This document shows, piece after piece, positions 1 through 8,716 of a stretch of DNA of 20,000 bases; positions within the stretch are counted from its first letter, which is position 1; every line of letters begins with the position of its first letter. The DNA is from an uncultured virus (IMG/VR IMGVR_UViG_3300012920_000027). Lineage: Duplodnaviria; Heunggongvirae; Uroviricota; Caudoviricetes. A program made the translations under genes and the position numbers. The notes under the pieces were generated by a model. It was not told the origin of the DNA. It ran no database searches and was given only the letters and a program-made list of their open reading frames with translations. The stretch lies in IMG/VR virus record IMGVR_UViG_3300012920_000027. The stretch is one strand, 5' to 3'.

Positions 1-74
1 ACCTCATCACAGTTCATCGTACTTGAGTACAGTTGCCATGATTCAGCGTCCATGTTGCAGGTGTAGTGTTCCAT
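1..74 (-). CDS. Hypothetical protein, 5' part only (MEHYTCNMDAESWQLYSSTMNCDE...), runs off the window
   Basis: ATG at 74 fused to ACCGCTC; frame open to the window edge. Confidence 0.7.
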   Translation of the reverse strand, partial: MEHYTCNMDAESWQLYSSTMNCDE

Positions 75-90
75 GAGCGGTAGTTGACCC

Positions 91-315
91 TCACAAGTCC
101 TTTTCCTTTACCTCTTGACGAACTGTGATCACAGCCCTTTCTCTGTTCAGCAAGAGACGCAAATCGCTCAAAGAGATTTGCAGGGGGATGTAGGTCATCC
201 CGTCCTGTGCAGTGTAGGTATCACAGTCCCGAAGGGCGTTCCTGTTCAAGGAAAGCTTGAGGCTGTCTTCGGCAGTCGAGCGTCGGGCGTATCCGGTTAG
301 GATGTTTTCAGTCAT
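91..315 (-). CDS. Conserved hypothetical protein, 74 aa, resembling small Thermoplasmatota/MGII proteins
   Basis: ACCGCTC-ATG start; the pattern GYxRxS...LKxS...Y.xxDGxxYxPLxISL...ERAV is recalled from Thermoplasmatota hypotheticals (not searched). Confidence 0.8.
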   Translation of the reverse strand: MTENILTGYARRSTAEDSLKLSLNRNALRDCDTYTAQDGMTYIPLQISLSDLRLLLNRERAVITVRQEVKEKDL

Positions 316-329
316 GAGCGGTTTGACCC

Positions 330-590
330 TCAGTTGGGTCGGTAGCAGTTCGATGGTTCTGTGACCACACGAATGCGGGCGTCAGCCATTGACTCAAGCG
401 TGACGGCTTCACCGTCAATCTCAATCACGGTGGCAAAATCGCCTGCTTCGAGGGTCTTGTTGCCATTTGAGATTGTTGCGTAGACGGTGACGAAGTCGCC
501 CTCTTCCAAATCGTAGGTGTTTTGCGTGTAGGTCTGTTCTGCTGCGGATTCCACCAGCTTGCGCAGGTGGGCGTTCACTCGGTTTCCCAT
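330..590 (-). CDS. Hypothetical protein, 86 aa, possible SH3/KOW-like beta-barrel
   Basis: Motif start; LEEGDFVTV...LEAGDFATVIEIDGEAVTL beta-rich pattern. Confidence 0.8.
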   Translation of the reverse strand: MGNRVNAHLRKLVESAAEQTYTQNTYDLEEGDFVTVYATISNGNKTLEAGDFATVIEIDGEAVTLESMADARIRVVTEPSNCYRPN

Positions 591-602
591 GAGCGGTTGG
601 CT

Positions 603-1106
603 TCAAAAGCCTTCTATGGAGACGATCCATTCAATTTCAGCCTCGGTAAGTGCTGCAAAACCTTCAGGGTCGTCCTTCTCAAAGCGAATCTTGGTTTCTT
701 CGGTGTTGGGTTCCCATTCGACCTTCTTGCGTGGGTCGTTTTCTGAGAGTTCATCCCATTCTCCATAGGTGAGACCATGGCGATCCACTCGCCAATCAGG
801 TTCACCACCGATTTCATCGCCCCACATGTCGTCTTCTCGAAGGTCCCACCAATGGCTTCCCAGCTCGATGGCGACATTCCTCACCGTAAAGCCTCGGCTT
901 TTGATAAGGAATTCAAGCCATTCTGAGTCCGGGGTCCACTTGCAGGCCCATTCCAAAACCAAGGTGTTTTCATCGGGTCGTTCTACAATCATGTAGTAAC
1001 CCCGAGGTTCCTTGTTCAGTTCGTTCTGCAGGGTGGTTATCGCCAGGGCGCTTGTTTCAAGCCCTGTGTGGGTAATCTTCGTGTAATTGTGACACCAGTT
1101 TGCCAT
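603..1106 (-). CDS. YubB/DUF1281 (Api92)-like ferredoxin-fold protein, 167 aa
   Basis: Starts MANWCHN (family begins MPNWCxN); later WACKWTP resembles the family F.TAW.PP; start set at the ACCTCTC-ATG variant. Confidence 0.65.
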   Translation of the reverse strand: MANWCHNYTKITHTGLETSALAITTLQNELNKEPRGYYMIVERPDENTLVLEWACKWTPDSEWLEFLIKSRGFTVRNVAIELGSHWWDLREDDMWGDEIGGEPDWRVDRHGLTYGEWDELSENDPRKKVEWEPNTEETKIRFEKDDPEGFAALTEAEIEWIVSIEGF

Positions 1107-1195
1107 GAGAGGTGCTCTCCACCACCGATTCATGGTGGGAGTTCAAACCGCATTCCAAATTTGGTCCAGGGCGGCATCTGGAGAGCGAGCGGTTT

Positions 1196-1570
1196 TCAGA
1201 CCAAGCCGGCTTCTTGCCAGTATTCCCTGATCTTTGCGATTGTTTCCTCGGTGTCCTCCGGGATTGGGAGGTCGAGGACGATTTGCTTCACATGGTCCGG
1301 ACGACGGAGCACGATGTCTTCCCAAAACGGGCTTTCGATCAGTACCTCCTTGCTTCCGGTTTGGTGATAGTCGGGGGCCATGCTACGGATTCCCTCTTCG
1401 GGATGGACGAACCAGGCTTGGATGAAGTAGCCGTACATTGGGCTCTCTGCTCCAAGCAATCCGCCGGTATCAAACCCGTAGCTCAAGGTCCATTCTCCTG
1501 TTACTTCCATGTCGTCGATTGAGCTGTGTGCTGTGCGATCTTCATGGGTGATTCCTTTGAATCGTGACAT
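1196..1570 (-). CDS. Hypothetical protein, 124 aa
   Basis: Motif start; tiles with neighbours. Confidence 0.85.
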   Translation of the reverse strand: MSRFKGITHEDRTAHSSIDDMEVTGEWTLSYGFDTGGLLGAESPMYGYFIQAWFVHPEEGIRSMAPDYHQTGSKEVLIESPFWEDIVLRRPDHVKQIVLDLPIPEDTEETIAKIREYWQEAGLV

Positions 1571-1578
1571 GAGCGGTG

Positions 1579-1827
1579 CTATAGGCGGTATCCTTCCTTG
1601 TCGTGAAATGCATGGAATTCGTATCCAGCTTCGATTTTTTCAACGATTGTGAAAATATCGGTGACTTCAAGGAGCAAGTAGCAATACTTCTTTTGGCGGT
1701 CGGACCACAATTCGGATGGTCCGTTTCGTTCAGAGTAGATCAATCCTATCGTTCCTGTGCCTTCCGGCCATTTTCCTTTCGGAGGATAGGCCCAAGCTCG
1801 ATTCCCGAACTCGAAATCACTTACCAT
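1579..1827 (-). CDS. Hypothetical protein, 82 aa
   Basis: Motif start; stop 1 nt from the next motif. Confidence 0.85.
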   Translation of the reverse strand: MVSDFEFGNRAWAYPPKGKWPEGTGTIGLIYSERNGPSELWSDRQKKYCYLLLEVTDIFTIVEKIEAGYEFHAFHDKEGYRL

Positions 1828-1835
1828 GAGCGGTA

Positions 1836-2309
1836 TCAGCCTTCGTAATCGTTCTCAAGGAACGAGGCGACGGCCTTCAACCCTTCTTCGATTGAAGGGG
1901 CTTCATTGACTTCAAACAACACAGCATCGTGCAAAAAAGGACGAATCCGCTGCTTTGCTTCATTGGTCAACTGTAACCACAGGTGGTCCGGAATTATGGG
2001 CTCTCGTTGCGCGTAAAGGCCGATGAAGTATTCCATTCCTGTTGGGGTCGCTGTTGGGTGAATCCTGAGATGACCGAACTTGCTGATTTCTTCCATCAGC
2101 TTGTTGAGGTCGGGCAACAGGTTGTCCCAGACGACCTTCTTGACAGTCATGCGAAGGTCTTGGTCTGCATCGAAGATCCATGTTTCGTCTCCATTGTTTT
2201 CAATTTCGGCGTAGTCTGTGAGGTCTTCATCCTCAACCTTCCATTGGTCGTTGAGGGTATCGAAGAAGTGTCCAGCCATAGCGCCGTCATATCCGTACTT
2301 GATGTGCAT
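1836..2309 (-). CDS. Hypothetical protein, 157 aa (MHIKYGYDG...)
   Basis: Start moved to the motif ATG at 2309. Confidence 0.85.
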   Translation of the reverse strand: MHIKYGYDGAMAGHFFDTLNDQWKVEDEDLTDYAEIENNGDETWIFDADQDLRMTVKKVVWDNLLPDLNKLMEEISKFGHLRIHPTATPTGMEYFIGLYAQREPIIPDHLWLQLTNEAKQRIRPFLHDAVLFEVNEAPSIEEGLKAVASFLENDYEG

Positions 2310-2317
2310 GAGCGGTC

Positions 2318-2542
2318 TCAACCGTACTCCCAATACCAGTTCTCTCCTGCGGAGGCGGCTTCGGCAGCACGGATAACAAGGTCGAATTTGCGTTCAAGTT
2401 CAATGATTCGTTCCTCAAGTTGCTTCAGGAAAGCGAGCCCTTTGTCGCTGTCCCAAGCCTGTTTGAGATCGTGAAGCAATTTCCCTTGCTGAATGAATCG
2501 CCACTCGAGGTCATCGATGGCTTCTTCAGTCGTTTTGTTCAT
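2318..2542 (-). CDS. Coiled-coil hypothetical protein, 74 aa
   Basis: ACCTCTC-ATG start; LKQLEERIIELERKF heptads. Confidence 0.8.
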   Translation of the reverse strand: MNKTTEEAIDDLEWRFIQQGKLLHDLKQAWDSDKGLAFLKQLEERIIELERKFDLVIRAAEAASAGENWYWEYG

Positions 2543-2777
2543 GAGAGGTGTTCCAGACCTGCACCTTGTATCGTCCACCAAGAATGCTGTCCGTGAAGGT
2601 GGATTCTACCGATTGGATGTGGTCTGGGTTCTTCGAGAGCACATTCGTCAGCGTCTGCATGGTCGTACCATGCCTCGTCGTGTTGTTGATGTGCTCAAAA
2701 ATAGCGGTTGTGGAGCTTGCGCCCTCGGAATTGAGGTACTTCACAACCAGGCTCAGGAGTCTCTTTGTTTTGCCCAT
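2526..2777 (-). CDS. DUF3860-like winged-helix putative DNA-binding protein, 83 aa
   Basis: T.xIFEHINxTxRHGTTxQxLxNVLSK...ILGGxYxVxxW matches my recollection of DUF3860 from marine Group II Euryarchaeota; the motif sits 16 nt upstream of this ATG. Confidence 0.75.
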   Translation of the reverse strand: MGKTKRLLSLVVKYLNSEGASSTTAIFEHINNTTRHGTTMQTLTNVLSKNPDHIQSVESTFTDSILGGRYKVQVWNTSHEQND

Positions 2778-2813
2778 AAACGGGCATAAGCGGGAGCGGT
2801 ATTTCAAAACATC

Positions 2814-3713
2814 TCATGACCATTCTGTGATGCGTGAGCCCTTGGGCTTGTTGAATCCAAGATCGTTCTTCAGCCGATCAAAGCCGGCGGTCAGGAACTC
2901 CTTGGACATTTCAATCCCAACGGCGAAACGGTCAGTCAGCATTGCTGCCATGCCCAGGCTGAAAGACCCTGCAAATGGGTCAAGCACCGTGTCTCCAGGG
3001 TTTGTGGAGAACTTCAGGAGCTCGATTAGCAGTTCCACGGGTTTCTCGGTTTGATGCACCTTGTTCTTGCCCATCACTCGGGCGTGCGTAAGGACATCGG
3101 GAATCGAGTTGTTGATCCTGCGTCGCTTCCCCTTGGAGAAGAACAGGATGAGTTCGTGGCGTGGTCGTCCGTTGTAGCCAAGGGAGATGACCTTCTTGTC
3201 CCAGACCCATTGAGAGTTGAATGTGAATCCAGCATTCTCAGCGAGTTTGACCTGGTTGTAGATGTAGTCAATCGTGTCTGCCTTGGCGGCGGGCATGAAA
3301 CAGAAGAAGTGGCCGTTTGGCTTGAGAACGCGGTGCATTTGCGAGAACAGGTCATGGTCGAGGTCTTTGGTCTCGAAGTCCCATCCCTTGTTCAGATTGC
3401 GCTTGCGTGTCGTTCCTCTTTGCATCTGGTCATTGAGCACAGCGTAGGGTGGATCGGTGATGATGGCGTCAAAGGAATCGTCCTCAAAATCAGCCAACAC
3501 CTCCCAGGCATCACCCTCGATGAGGGCACATTGGGAGTCACCAACGGTTGCGATGTAGACACCGCGCCCTACGCGCTTGAAGCATGAATTGATGTTCTCA
3601 TTGAGCCTACCTCTGATGGTGGACTCCTTCTCCCCAGGGAACGCCTCGTAGATCTCCGAGAGGTGATGGGCGTTCTTGAGAAGAAAGTCAATCAATCTGT
3701 CTTTCAAAGTCAT
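2814..3713 (-). CDS. Site-specific DNA methyltransferase (N4-C/N6-A, beta class) with N-terminal HTH-like extension, 299 aa
   Basis: Catalytic IITDPPY precedes H.TEKPVEL and SAM-binding GDTVLDPFAGS, which is beta-class order; no cognate restriction endonuclease recognised nearby. Confidence 0.93.
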   Translation of the reverse strand: MTLKDRLIDFLLKNAHHLSEIYEAFPGEKESTIRGRLNENINSCFKRVGRGVYIATVGDSQCALIEGDAWEVLADFEDDSFDAIITDPPYAVLNDQMQRGTTRKRNLNKGWDFETKDLDHDLFSQMHRVLKPNGHFFCFMPAAKADTIDYIYNQVKLAENAGFTFNSQWVWDKKVISLGYNGRPRHELILFFSKGKRRRINNSIPDVLTHARVMGKNKVHQTEKPVELLIELLKFSTNPGDTVLDPFAGSFSLGMAAMLTDRFAVGIEMSKEFLTAGFDRLKNDLGFNKPKGSRITEWS

Positions 3714-3721
3714 GAGCGGTT

Positions 3722-3994
3722 TCAGTCAAGGAAAAAATCCCTGAGGTCATTCGGATGCCATCGGGGAAAATTGGGACCAGGATTGAGGACTTTTAGGCAT
3801 TCAGCAATGAGTTCCATAACCCTCTTGTCTCTTGATTCAATCTCCTCAGGCGTCAAATCGTTGTCTTCACGACTTCCCAGTCCGAGAGCCCACCACAAGT
3901 AGTACAATCCGTGATCGTCGCTGTTTGCTTCCCAGTAACGAACACAAGTCCAAATTGCGTTATGTTGGCTTGGAGTCAGTTCGATTCGTTTCAT
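3722..3994 (-). CDS. Hypothetical protein, 90 aa
   Basis: Motif ATG at 3994. Confidence 0.8.
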   Translation of the reverse strand: MKRIELTPSQHNAIWTCVRYWEANSDDHGLYYLWWALGLGSREDNDLTPEEIESRDKRVMELIAECLKVLNPGPNFPRWHPNDLRDFFLD

Positions 3995-4001
3995 GAGCGG
4001 T

Positions 4002-4385
4002 TCAATTGATTGGAGCCGGCTTGAACTCACTTGGACGGGGTTCGTTGTGCTTCCCAGAGCGAGCTTGCCGGATCATCCAGCTTTCGGTTCCGACCAGAGC
4101 TGAAACCCAATCACGAGGCGACGGGATGAACCCGAAGTCTTCGAGAAGGTGTTGTTCTCCGATCCATTGAGTTGGGATGGTCTGTCCGTCGCTGTTGGTC
4201 AATGACGGCCCGAATACCTCAACCATCGTGTTGATGCCCTGGCTGTGGTGCCTGAACATTCGATGGCGGAAGTCATGGATGTGCTCCTTCGGGGCGTCAA
4301 ACCATTCGTGGATGGCGAGGTAATCCTCGACTTTTCCTCCGTACTTTTGGACAGAACCCATTGCATGGTGTAGTGCGTGACTCAT
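4002..4385 (-). CDS. DUF6915-like His-rich protein, 127 aa
   Basis: HxxHHA.S.KYGG..EDYLAIHEWFD...DFRHR..RHH..GI...FG...TNSDG..IP...IGEQH..EDFG.IPS..DW signature. Confidence 0.8.
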   Translation of the reverse strand: MSHALHHAMGSVQKYGGKVEDYLAIHEWFDAPKEHIHDFRHRMFRHHSQGINTMVEVFGPSLTNSDGQTIPTQWIGEQHLLEDFGFIPSPRDWVSALVGTESWMIRQARSGKHNEPRPSEFKPAPIN

Positions 4386-4401
4386 GAGCGGTAGTGAGGT
4401 T

Positions 4402-4839
4402 TCACTGGTTCTTCCATTGAGATCCCTCGGGTTGCTTATTGGGCTCCCATGTCCCGTATGCGAGACTGTCGTCTCTGAAGTCAATCCAGAACCCTTGGCC
4501 AGACGCGATGCCATCAAAGATGGAGTCGTCGATCGGCAGGCACTCCACGAAGTCATCGCCACCTACAGCTTCACGACTCTTTTCCCAGCAATCGGGGATT
4601 TCATCAGGATCGTAACCTTGGGCGAAGATGGCTAAGGACCATTTGTTGTCGCGTTCATTCACCAGTTCTTCGGTCGAACCGGACATGATGTAAATGCCTC
4701 TGTCCTTCACAAAGTCAATGTGTGCCGTGTCCTGCATCTCTGGCTGTACGCCATATGGATCAGTCCACTTGGTAGCGTTCTTTGTGTGTTCAAAGATTGT
4801 CCTCAAATTGTCTGAGGGCACAAAAATCAGTTGGGTCAT
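4402..4839 (-). CDS. DUF3085-like protein, 145 aa
   Basis: FVKDRGIYIMS...AIFAQGYDP...W...R..VGGDDFVE signature of DUF3085, a mobile-element family. Confidence 0.8.
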   Translation of the reverse strand: MTQLIFVPSDNLRTIFEHTKNATKWTDPYGVQPEMQDTAHIDFVKDRGIYIMSGSTEELVNERDNKWSLAIFAQGYDPDEIPDCWEKSREAVGGDDFVECLPIDDSIFDGIASGQGFWIDFRDDSLAYGTWEPNKQPEGSQWKNQ

Positions 4840-4846
4840 GAGCGGT

Positions 4847-5137
4847 TCATGCGTCCTCGTAGACGCAATTGTCCATGTTTCCGGACTGATACTCTTCAAT
4901 CAGAAGGAATGTAGCTTCGTACAAAACCGTGTGGTCCATCATTTCCCAACACATTTCATTCATTTGAATGATGTTCTTGGCGAGCTTGTTCGGCAAGCTC
5001 TGTGTGATTTCCAGCAGTTGATTGTACCATTCGGGGTCTCTTTCTTTGATTGGGTCAACTTCGTAGCCGTTGAAGACAAACTGCCTCGGCTTCTGTGTGA
5101 ATTCGTTAGCTGTGTCAAGCCGTTTATTCATGGTCAT
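4847..5137 (-). CDS. Hypothetical protein, 96 aa
   Basis: Motif start; its stop abuts the next motif. Confidence 0.8.
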   Translation of the reverse strand: MTMNKRLDTANEFTQKPRQFVFNGYEVDPIKERDPEWYNQLLEITQSLPNKLAKNIIQMNEMCWEMMDHTVLYEATFLLIEEYQSGNMDNCVYEDA

Positions 5138-5144
5138 GAGCGGT

Positions 5145-5345
5145 TCAGGGCTTTCGTACCTCGGTGACGGCGTGGACGATTTCAATGTCCATCTCCCAGC
5201 CACAGTTGGAGCATGTGTAGGTGTAGGTGGTTGCATCACCACCCTCCTGCTCTAGCGTTCCTTCTGCTTGGCAATGTGGGCATTGTCCGCCCCATAGTTC
5301 TCCGGGGGCGAGAGTGTCTCCTTCTTCGTAAGAATGTCGGGTCAT
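5145..5345 (-). CDS. Zn-ribbon protein, 66 aa
   Basis: CPHC...CSNC; motif start. Confidence 0.8.
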   Translation of the reverse strand: MTRHSYEEGDTLAPGELWGGQCPHCQAEGTLEQEGGDATTYTYTCSNCGWEMDIEIVHAVTEVRKP

Positions 5346-5352
5346 GAGCGGT

Positions 5353-5658
5353 TCATCGGCGTTGGACAAAGTCCATCGTCGATTGCCAATACGAGATGAC
5401 TCCCTCTGGCCTCTCGGCCCATTCCTGTTCGGAAGGTGCTTCAATCATGTCGTAGCGCCAGTCCCAGAAAAGTTCGAGGTCAAAGTCCCCACCAAGTTTG
5501 GGTGGCCGTGCGATCTCCCAAAGGTTCACATCCAAGAACCCAGGGATTGTTTTCTCCCAGTATTCCTTCGGACTTAGCGGTGTATCAACCAAGTAAGGTT
5601 CGTTTTGGTCCCCATCTCCTGTCGTTTCAACGATGTAAAATCGCGATTCGGTGTTCAT
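5353..5658 (-). CDS. Hypothetical protein, 101 aa
   Basis: Motif ATG at 5658 (MNTESRFY...). Confidence 0.8.
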   Translation of the reverse strand: MNTESRFYIVETTGDGDQNEPYLVDTPLSPKEYWEKTIPGFLDVNLWEIARPPKLGGDFDLELFWDWRYDMIEAPSEQEWAERPEGVISYWQSTMDFVQRR

Positions 5659-5666
5659 GAGCGGTC

Positions 5667-6764
5667 TCAGAGACGGCGTCGGACAGCGTCCCTCAGGGCT
5701 GTGAGCCTCTGCAGGTATTCGTCCAAGTCCGAAAGGGTCTCTTCGTAGGCGTCCACGATTTGCTCGATCTTGCGTTCGACCTGCTTCTCCTTCACAAAGA
5801 TGGAAGTCATGGTCTTTGGATCGTTGTCGTGGACAACAGGGACTGGCCCCGAGTAGCCGCCTCGCTTGTTCTTGCGTAGAGGCTTGATGGTTCTCCCATC
5901 CGTGTCTACCATTGGAGGCTCCACAGGGGGTTCCAGTACATGTTCTGTTTCGACCTGGTCCGACCATCGCAAATCAAGCGTTGCGGAGGTGTCGAGTTGT
6001 TCGTCCGTCACAGGTTCGGGCTCTGCCTCTGGCTCAGGCACCACGGGGGGTTCTGGCTCAGGGATTTCAACCGATGGAGATTCCGTTTCAATCACCGGCT
6101 CTGGCTCAAGTTCCACTTCGGGAACAGGCTCAGGCTCTTGCGTTGGTTCTTCCACGGGCTCCGGCTCGGTTTCCGGCTCGGTTTCTGGGTCCTCAGGGTA
6201 GAGGATGTCCAGAGATTTCTTGACGGCTTCAGCCTCTTCAGGGGTAAGGTCCTCTTCGGATTCCTCCCAAAAGTCGTCGGCTTCTTCCTCTTCCTCGTCG
6301 TCTTCTTCCTCAAGGAGGGACGCGAGGTCACCTGGTTCCTCAAGCTCATGTCCGAGTAGCTCTTTCATGGCGAGGATCGGGTCTTGGTCGTTCTGAAGTG
6401 CTTGAGTCGCTATATCCCACAGTTCTTCGCCCCGAAGGCGCTCTTCTGCGGTCAAATCGGCCATGAACTCGGTCACGGTATCGATGAGTTCGGGTTCAGG
6501 ATCAGTGTCCTTTTCCGGAGTCTCTGTTCGGTCGTAATAGCTCACGAGGCGTTCGTTGAGGACGCGGGCCATCTCAATCATTCGAGAAGTCCCTGCGGGG
6601 AATTCGTCAAACGCGCCTTCTGCGACAGCGTCTTCAAGCACAATTTTTGCGAGCTTACGCTTCTTGCGAATGCGTCTCTTCAGTTCTTCATCTGCTTCAG
6701 CCTCCTCTCGCGAATTCATTCGTTCAAGGATGCTGTCGATGTCTTGCATCATTTCTGCTTGCAT
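5667..6764 (-). CDS. Very acidic protein with (EP)n low-complexity linker and C-terminal coiled coil, 365 aa
   Basis: Motif start MQAEMM; EEEDDEEEEE and EPEPEP tracts. Confidence 0.88.
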   Translation of the reverse strand: MQAEMMQDIDSILERMNSREEAEADEELKRRIRKKRKLAKIVLEDAVAEGAFDEFPAGTSRMIEMARVLNERLVSYYDRTETPEKDTDPEPELIDTVTEFMADLTAEERLRGEELWDIATQALQNDQDPILAMKELLGHELEEPGDLASLLEEEDDEEEEEADDFWEESEEDLTPEEAEAVKKSLDILYPEDPETEPETEPEPVEEPTQEPEPVPEVELEPEPVIETESPSVEIPEPEPPVVPEPEAEPEPVTDEQLDTSATLDLRWSDQVETEHVLEPPVEPPMVDTDGRTIKPLRKNKRGGYSGPVPVVHDNDPKTMTSIFVKEKQVERKIEQIVDAYEETLSDLDEYLQRLTALRDAVRRRL

Positions 6765-6771
6765 GAGCGGT

Positions 6772-7044
6772 TCATAGGTCGTAGAGACCTGATTCACGGA
6801 TGAGTTTCGCAGCCTTGCCGGCGTTCGGCCCGATGTAATTCGGGTTCACATCCGTTGATTCAAGTGCAGCGACAATCAATCCGAGGATGATGTTTTGGTG
6901 CTTCAGTAGCGTGAGCTTCTGTCGAGTCAAGGCGATCTCAAGAGGCTTCGTGTCCTCTTGGTTTTCTTGGGATTGCTCGGCTGCTCGATTTGTTTCCTCA
7001 AGCACTTGTTTTGCAGTTTGGATCCATTGTGGTTCAGTTTGCAT
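6772..7044 (-). CDS. Hypothetical protein, 90 aa
   Basis: Motif start MQTEPQW. Confidence 0.8.
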   Translation of the reverse strand: MQTEPQWIQTAKQVLEETNRAAEQSQENQEDTKPLEIALTRQKLTLLKHQNIILGLIVAALESTDVNPNYIGPNAGKAAKLIRESGLYDL

Positions 7045-7051
7045 GAGCGGT

Positions 7052-7525
7052 TCAGTCGACGCGAATCGCGCCGAGTTCGTCGTCCCAGTAGGAACCAATC
7101 ACCTTCACCTCGATGTCCTCGATTTTGAAGTGCTTCAGGTTCTCCTGGACACAATGGACGCCATAGACGGCCATGTTGATGTTGATTGAGACTCTCCAGA
7201 GCTTGTCCCTGTAAAGGGTGATGTACTCGTAGGACTCGTGAATTGAGTCCTTGACTGGAGGAAAGCGATCTGTGCTGGTGAAAGCAAGAACCTGCCCATC
7301 AATCGTGTGATCTTCCCAAGCATTCCATGTGTTGTACAGGACGAGGAACTTCTCCTCATCAATGTCGTCATGGCTCGAGAATGTCCACGGTATGAGTTCA
7401 TCGTGTTCATGTCCTTCCCAGCTCCATTCGCCAGTCTCTGGATCTCCATCGTCACCCAATTCGCCGGTGCGAGGTGGGTAAAATTGGTTCAGCAGTTCAG
7501 TTTCCTTTTCGTTGAATCTGGTCAT
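7052..7525 (-). CDS. Hypothetical acidic protein, 157 aa
   Basis: Motif start; tiles with neighbours. Confidence 0.85.
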   Translation of the reverse strand: MTRFNEKETELLNQFYPPRTGELGDDGDPETGEWSWEGHEHDELIPWTFSSHDDIDEEKFLVLYNTWNAWEDHTIDGQVLAFTSTDRFPPVKDSIHESYEYITLYRDKLWRVSININMAVYGVHCVQENLKHFKIEDIEVKVIGSYWDDELGAIRVD

Positions 7526-7534
7526 GAGCGGTAC

Positions 7535-7771
7535 TCAGAATCCGTTCGTGACTCCATAGTCGTGCAGGATTTCGAATATGGCTTTCAAAGCCATGACTTC
7601 GACGGATTTGATGTTTTTTCGATTCATTCTCTCGAGGGTACCACCACAGGTGATGTCGTACCAAGAAAGAACTCGGAAAAGTTGTCGAGTCAAGGCTGGT
7701 CCATCAGGACCATCCCATGGACCGGTGTTTTCCTCCAACCAATCGTCGAGTTGAGCGTGTAGTGCTTTCAT
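7535..7771 (-). CDS. Hypothetical protein, 78 aa
   Basis: Motif start MKALHAQ. Confidence 0.8.
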   Translation of the reverse strand: MKALHAQLDDWLEENTGPWDGPDGPALTRQLFRVLSWYDITCGGTLERMNRKNIKSVEVMALKAIFEILHDYGVTNGF

Positions 7772-7785
7772 GAGCGGTTCCTGTA

Positions 7786-8235
7786 TCATTCTGCACACCA
7801 GGTTGCGTCGGCAGGCCATTGATGGTAGATGTAATCTTCATTCAATTCGCCGGAATCAAGGAACTTAGGGCCGTGGTACGATGCCGATGCGTGGTACGCA
7901 TGGGGCTCGACATCGACCAGCTCAAGGGTGAGGGCGACGATCAGTTCCTTGAACATTTGATCGGTCATCGTCGTACGCCCACCGATGTGGAGGTTGTCGT
8001 CTTCTCCTTTCCAGTCGTAAATGGTGAATTGCTGACCACGGTAACGGCCCCAGAAGTTCACGGATGACTTGTACCCATCGTAAATCGGGTATTGTCCAGA
8101 TACCGTGATCAATCGGGCCACCGTTTCAGCGAAGGAGTAGGGAAGTGGTTGCCACAACCCTACCCGGCTCGTGCCAGTCATTTCGCCAGCACGCCATTCA
8201 ATTTCGGTGTCCACGCGGATGTTCTTTGTTGTCAT
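7786..8235 (-). CDS. Hypothetical protein, 149 aa, with phage-type FTIYDWK...HIGG signature
   Basis: Motif start; DGYK...W...FTIYDWK...LHIGG resembles a phage hypothetical family (from memory). Confidence 0.8.
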   Translation of the reverse strand: MTTKNIRVDTEIEWRAGEMTGTSRVGLWQPLPYSFAETVARLITVSGQYPIYDGYKSSVNFWGRYRGQQFTIYDWKGEDDNLHIGGRTTMTDQMFKELIVALTLELVDVEPHAYHASASYHGPKFLDSGELNEDYIYHQWPADATWCAE

Positions 8236-8243
8236 GAGCGGTT

Positions 8244-8480
8244 TCAGAACTCGTTCGTCTTCCCTGTCTTCAGCAAGGACACGACCATTCGGTTCAGGGC
8301 AATCATGCGTTTGTACAAGTGCTCGTTTTCGATGTCTTCGAAATAGCTCATCAGATCCTCATATTCACTCATGCTCCATGTGTGTTCAAGAACTAAGCGT
8401 TCAACAGTTTCAACATCGGTCGCAGGTGCAGTATTCGGAAAGGTGGCTTCAAGCATTTGGCTTACCCAATCTTCGTTCAT
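8244..8480 (-). CDS. Hypothetical protein, 78 aa
   Basis: Motif start MNEDW. Confidence 0.8.
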   Translation of the reverse strand: MNEDWVSQMLEATFPNTAPATDVETVERLVLEHTWSMSEYEDLMSYFEDIENEHLYKRMIALNRMVVSLLKTGKTNEF

Positions 8481-8497
8481 GAGCGGTGAGGCTTGTT

Positions 8498-8716
8498 TCA
8501 TCCCTGGAGAACGGACATGCCTGTTGCCAGGACATTCTCATAGGTTCCAGCCATCATCTCGTTCACAACGACCTGTGTATCAGCGTAGGACCATCCATTG
8601 CGGTTCAACTGGCGCTGCACATAGCCAATCACTGCGAAGGCGTTTCCATCAACACCAATGAGGGTGCCTGGTGCCTTGCCGTTCTTCTCAATCAGTTCAA
8701 TGATTTGCGGGTTCAT
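8498..8716 (-). CDS. Small phage/MGE-type hypothetical protein with LxGxDGNAF motif, 72 aa
   Basis: LIGVDGNAFAVIG...GW...EMMAGTYENVL pattern; ACCACTC-ATG start. Confidence 0.8.
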   Translation of the reverse strand: MNPQIIELIEKNGKAPGTLIGVDGNAFAVIGYVQRQLNRNGWSYADTQVVVNEMMAGTYENVLATGMSVLQG

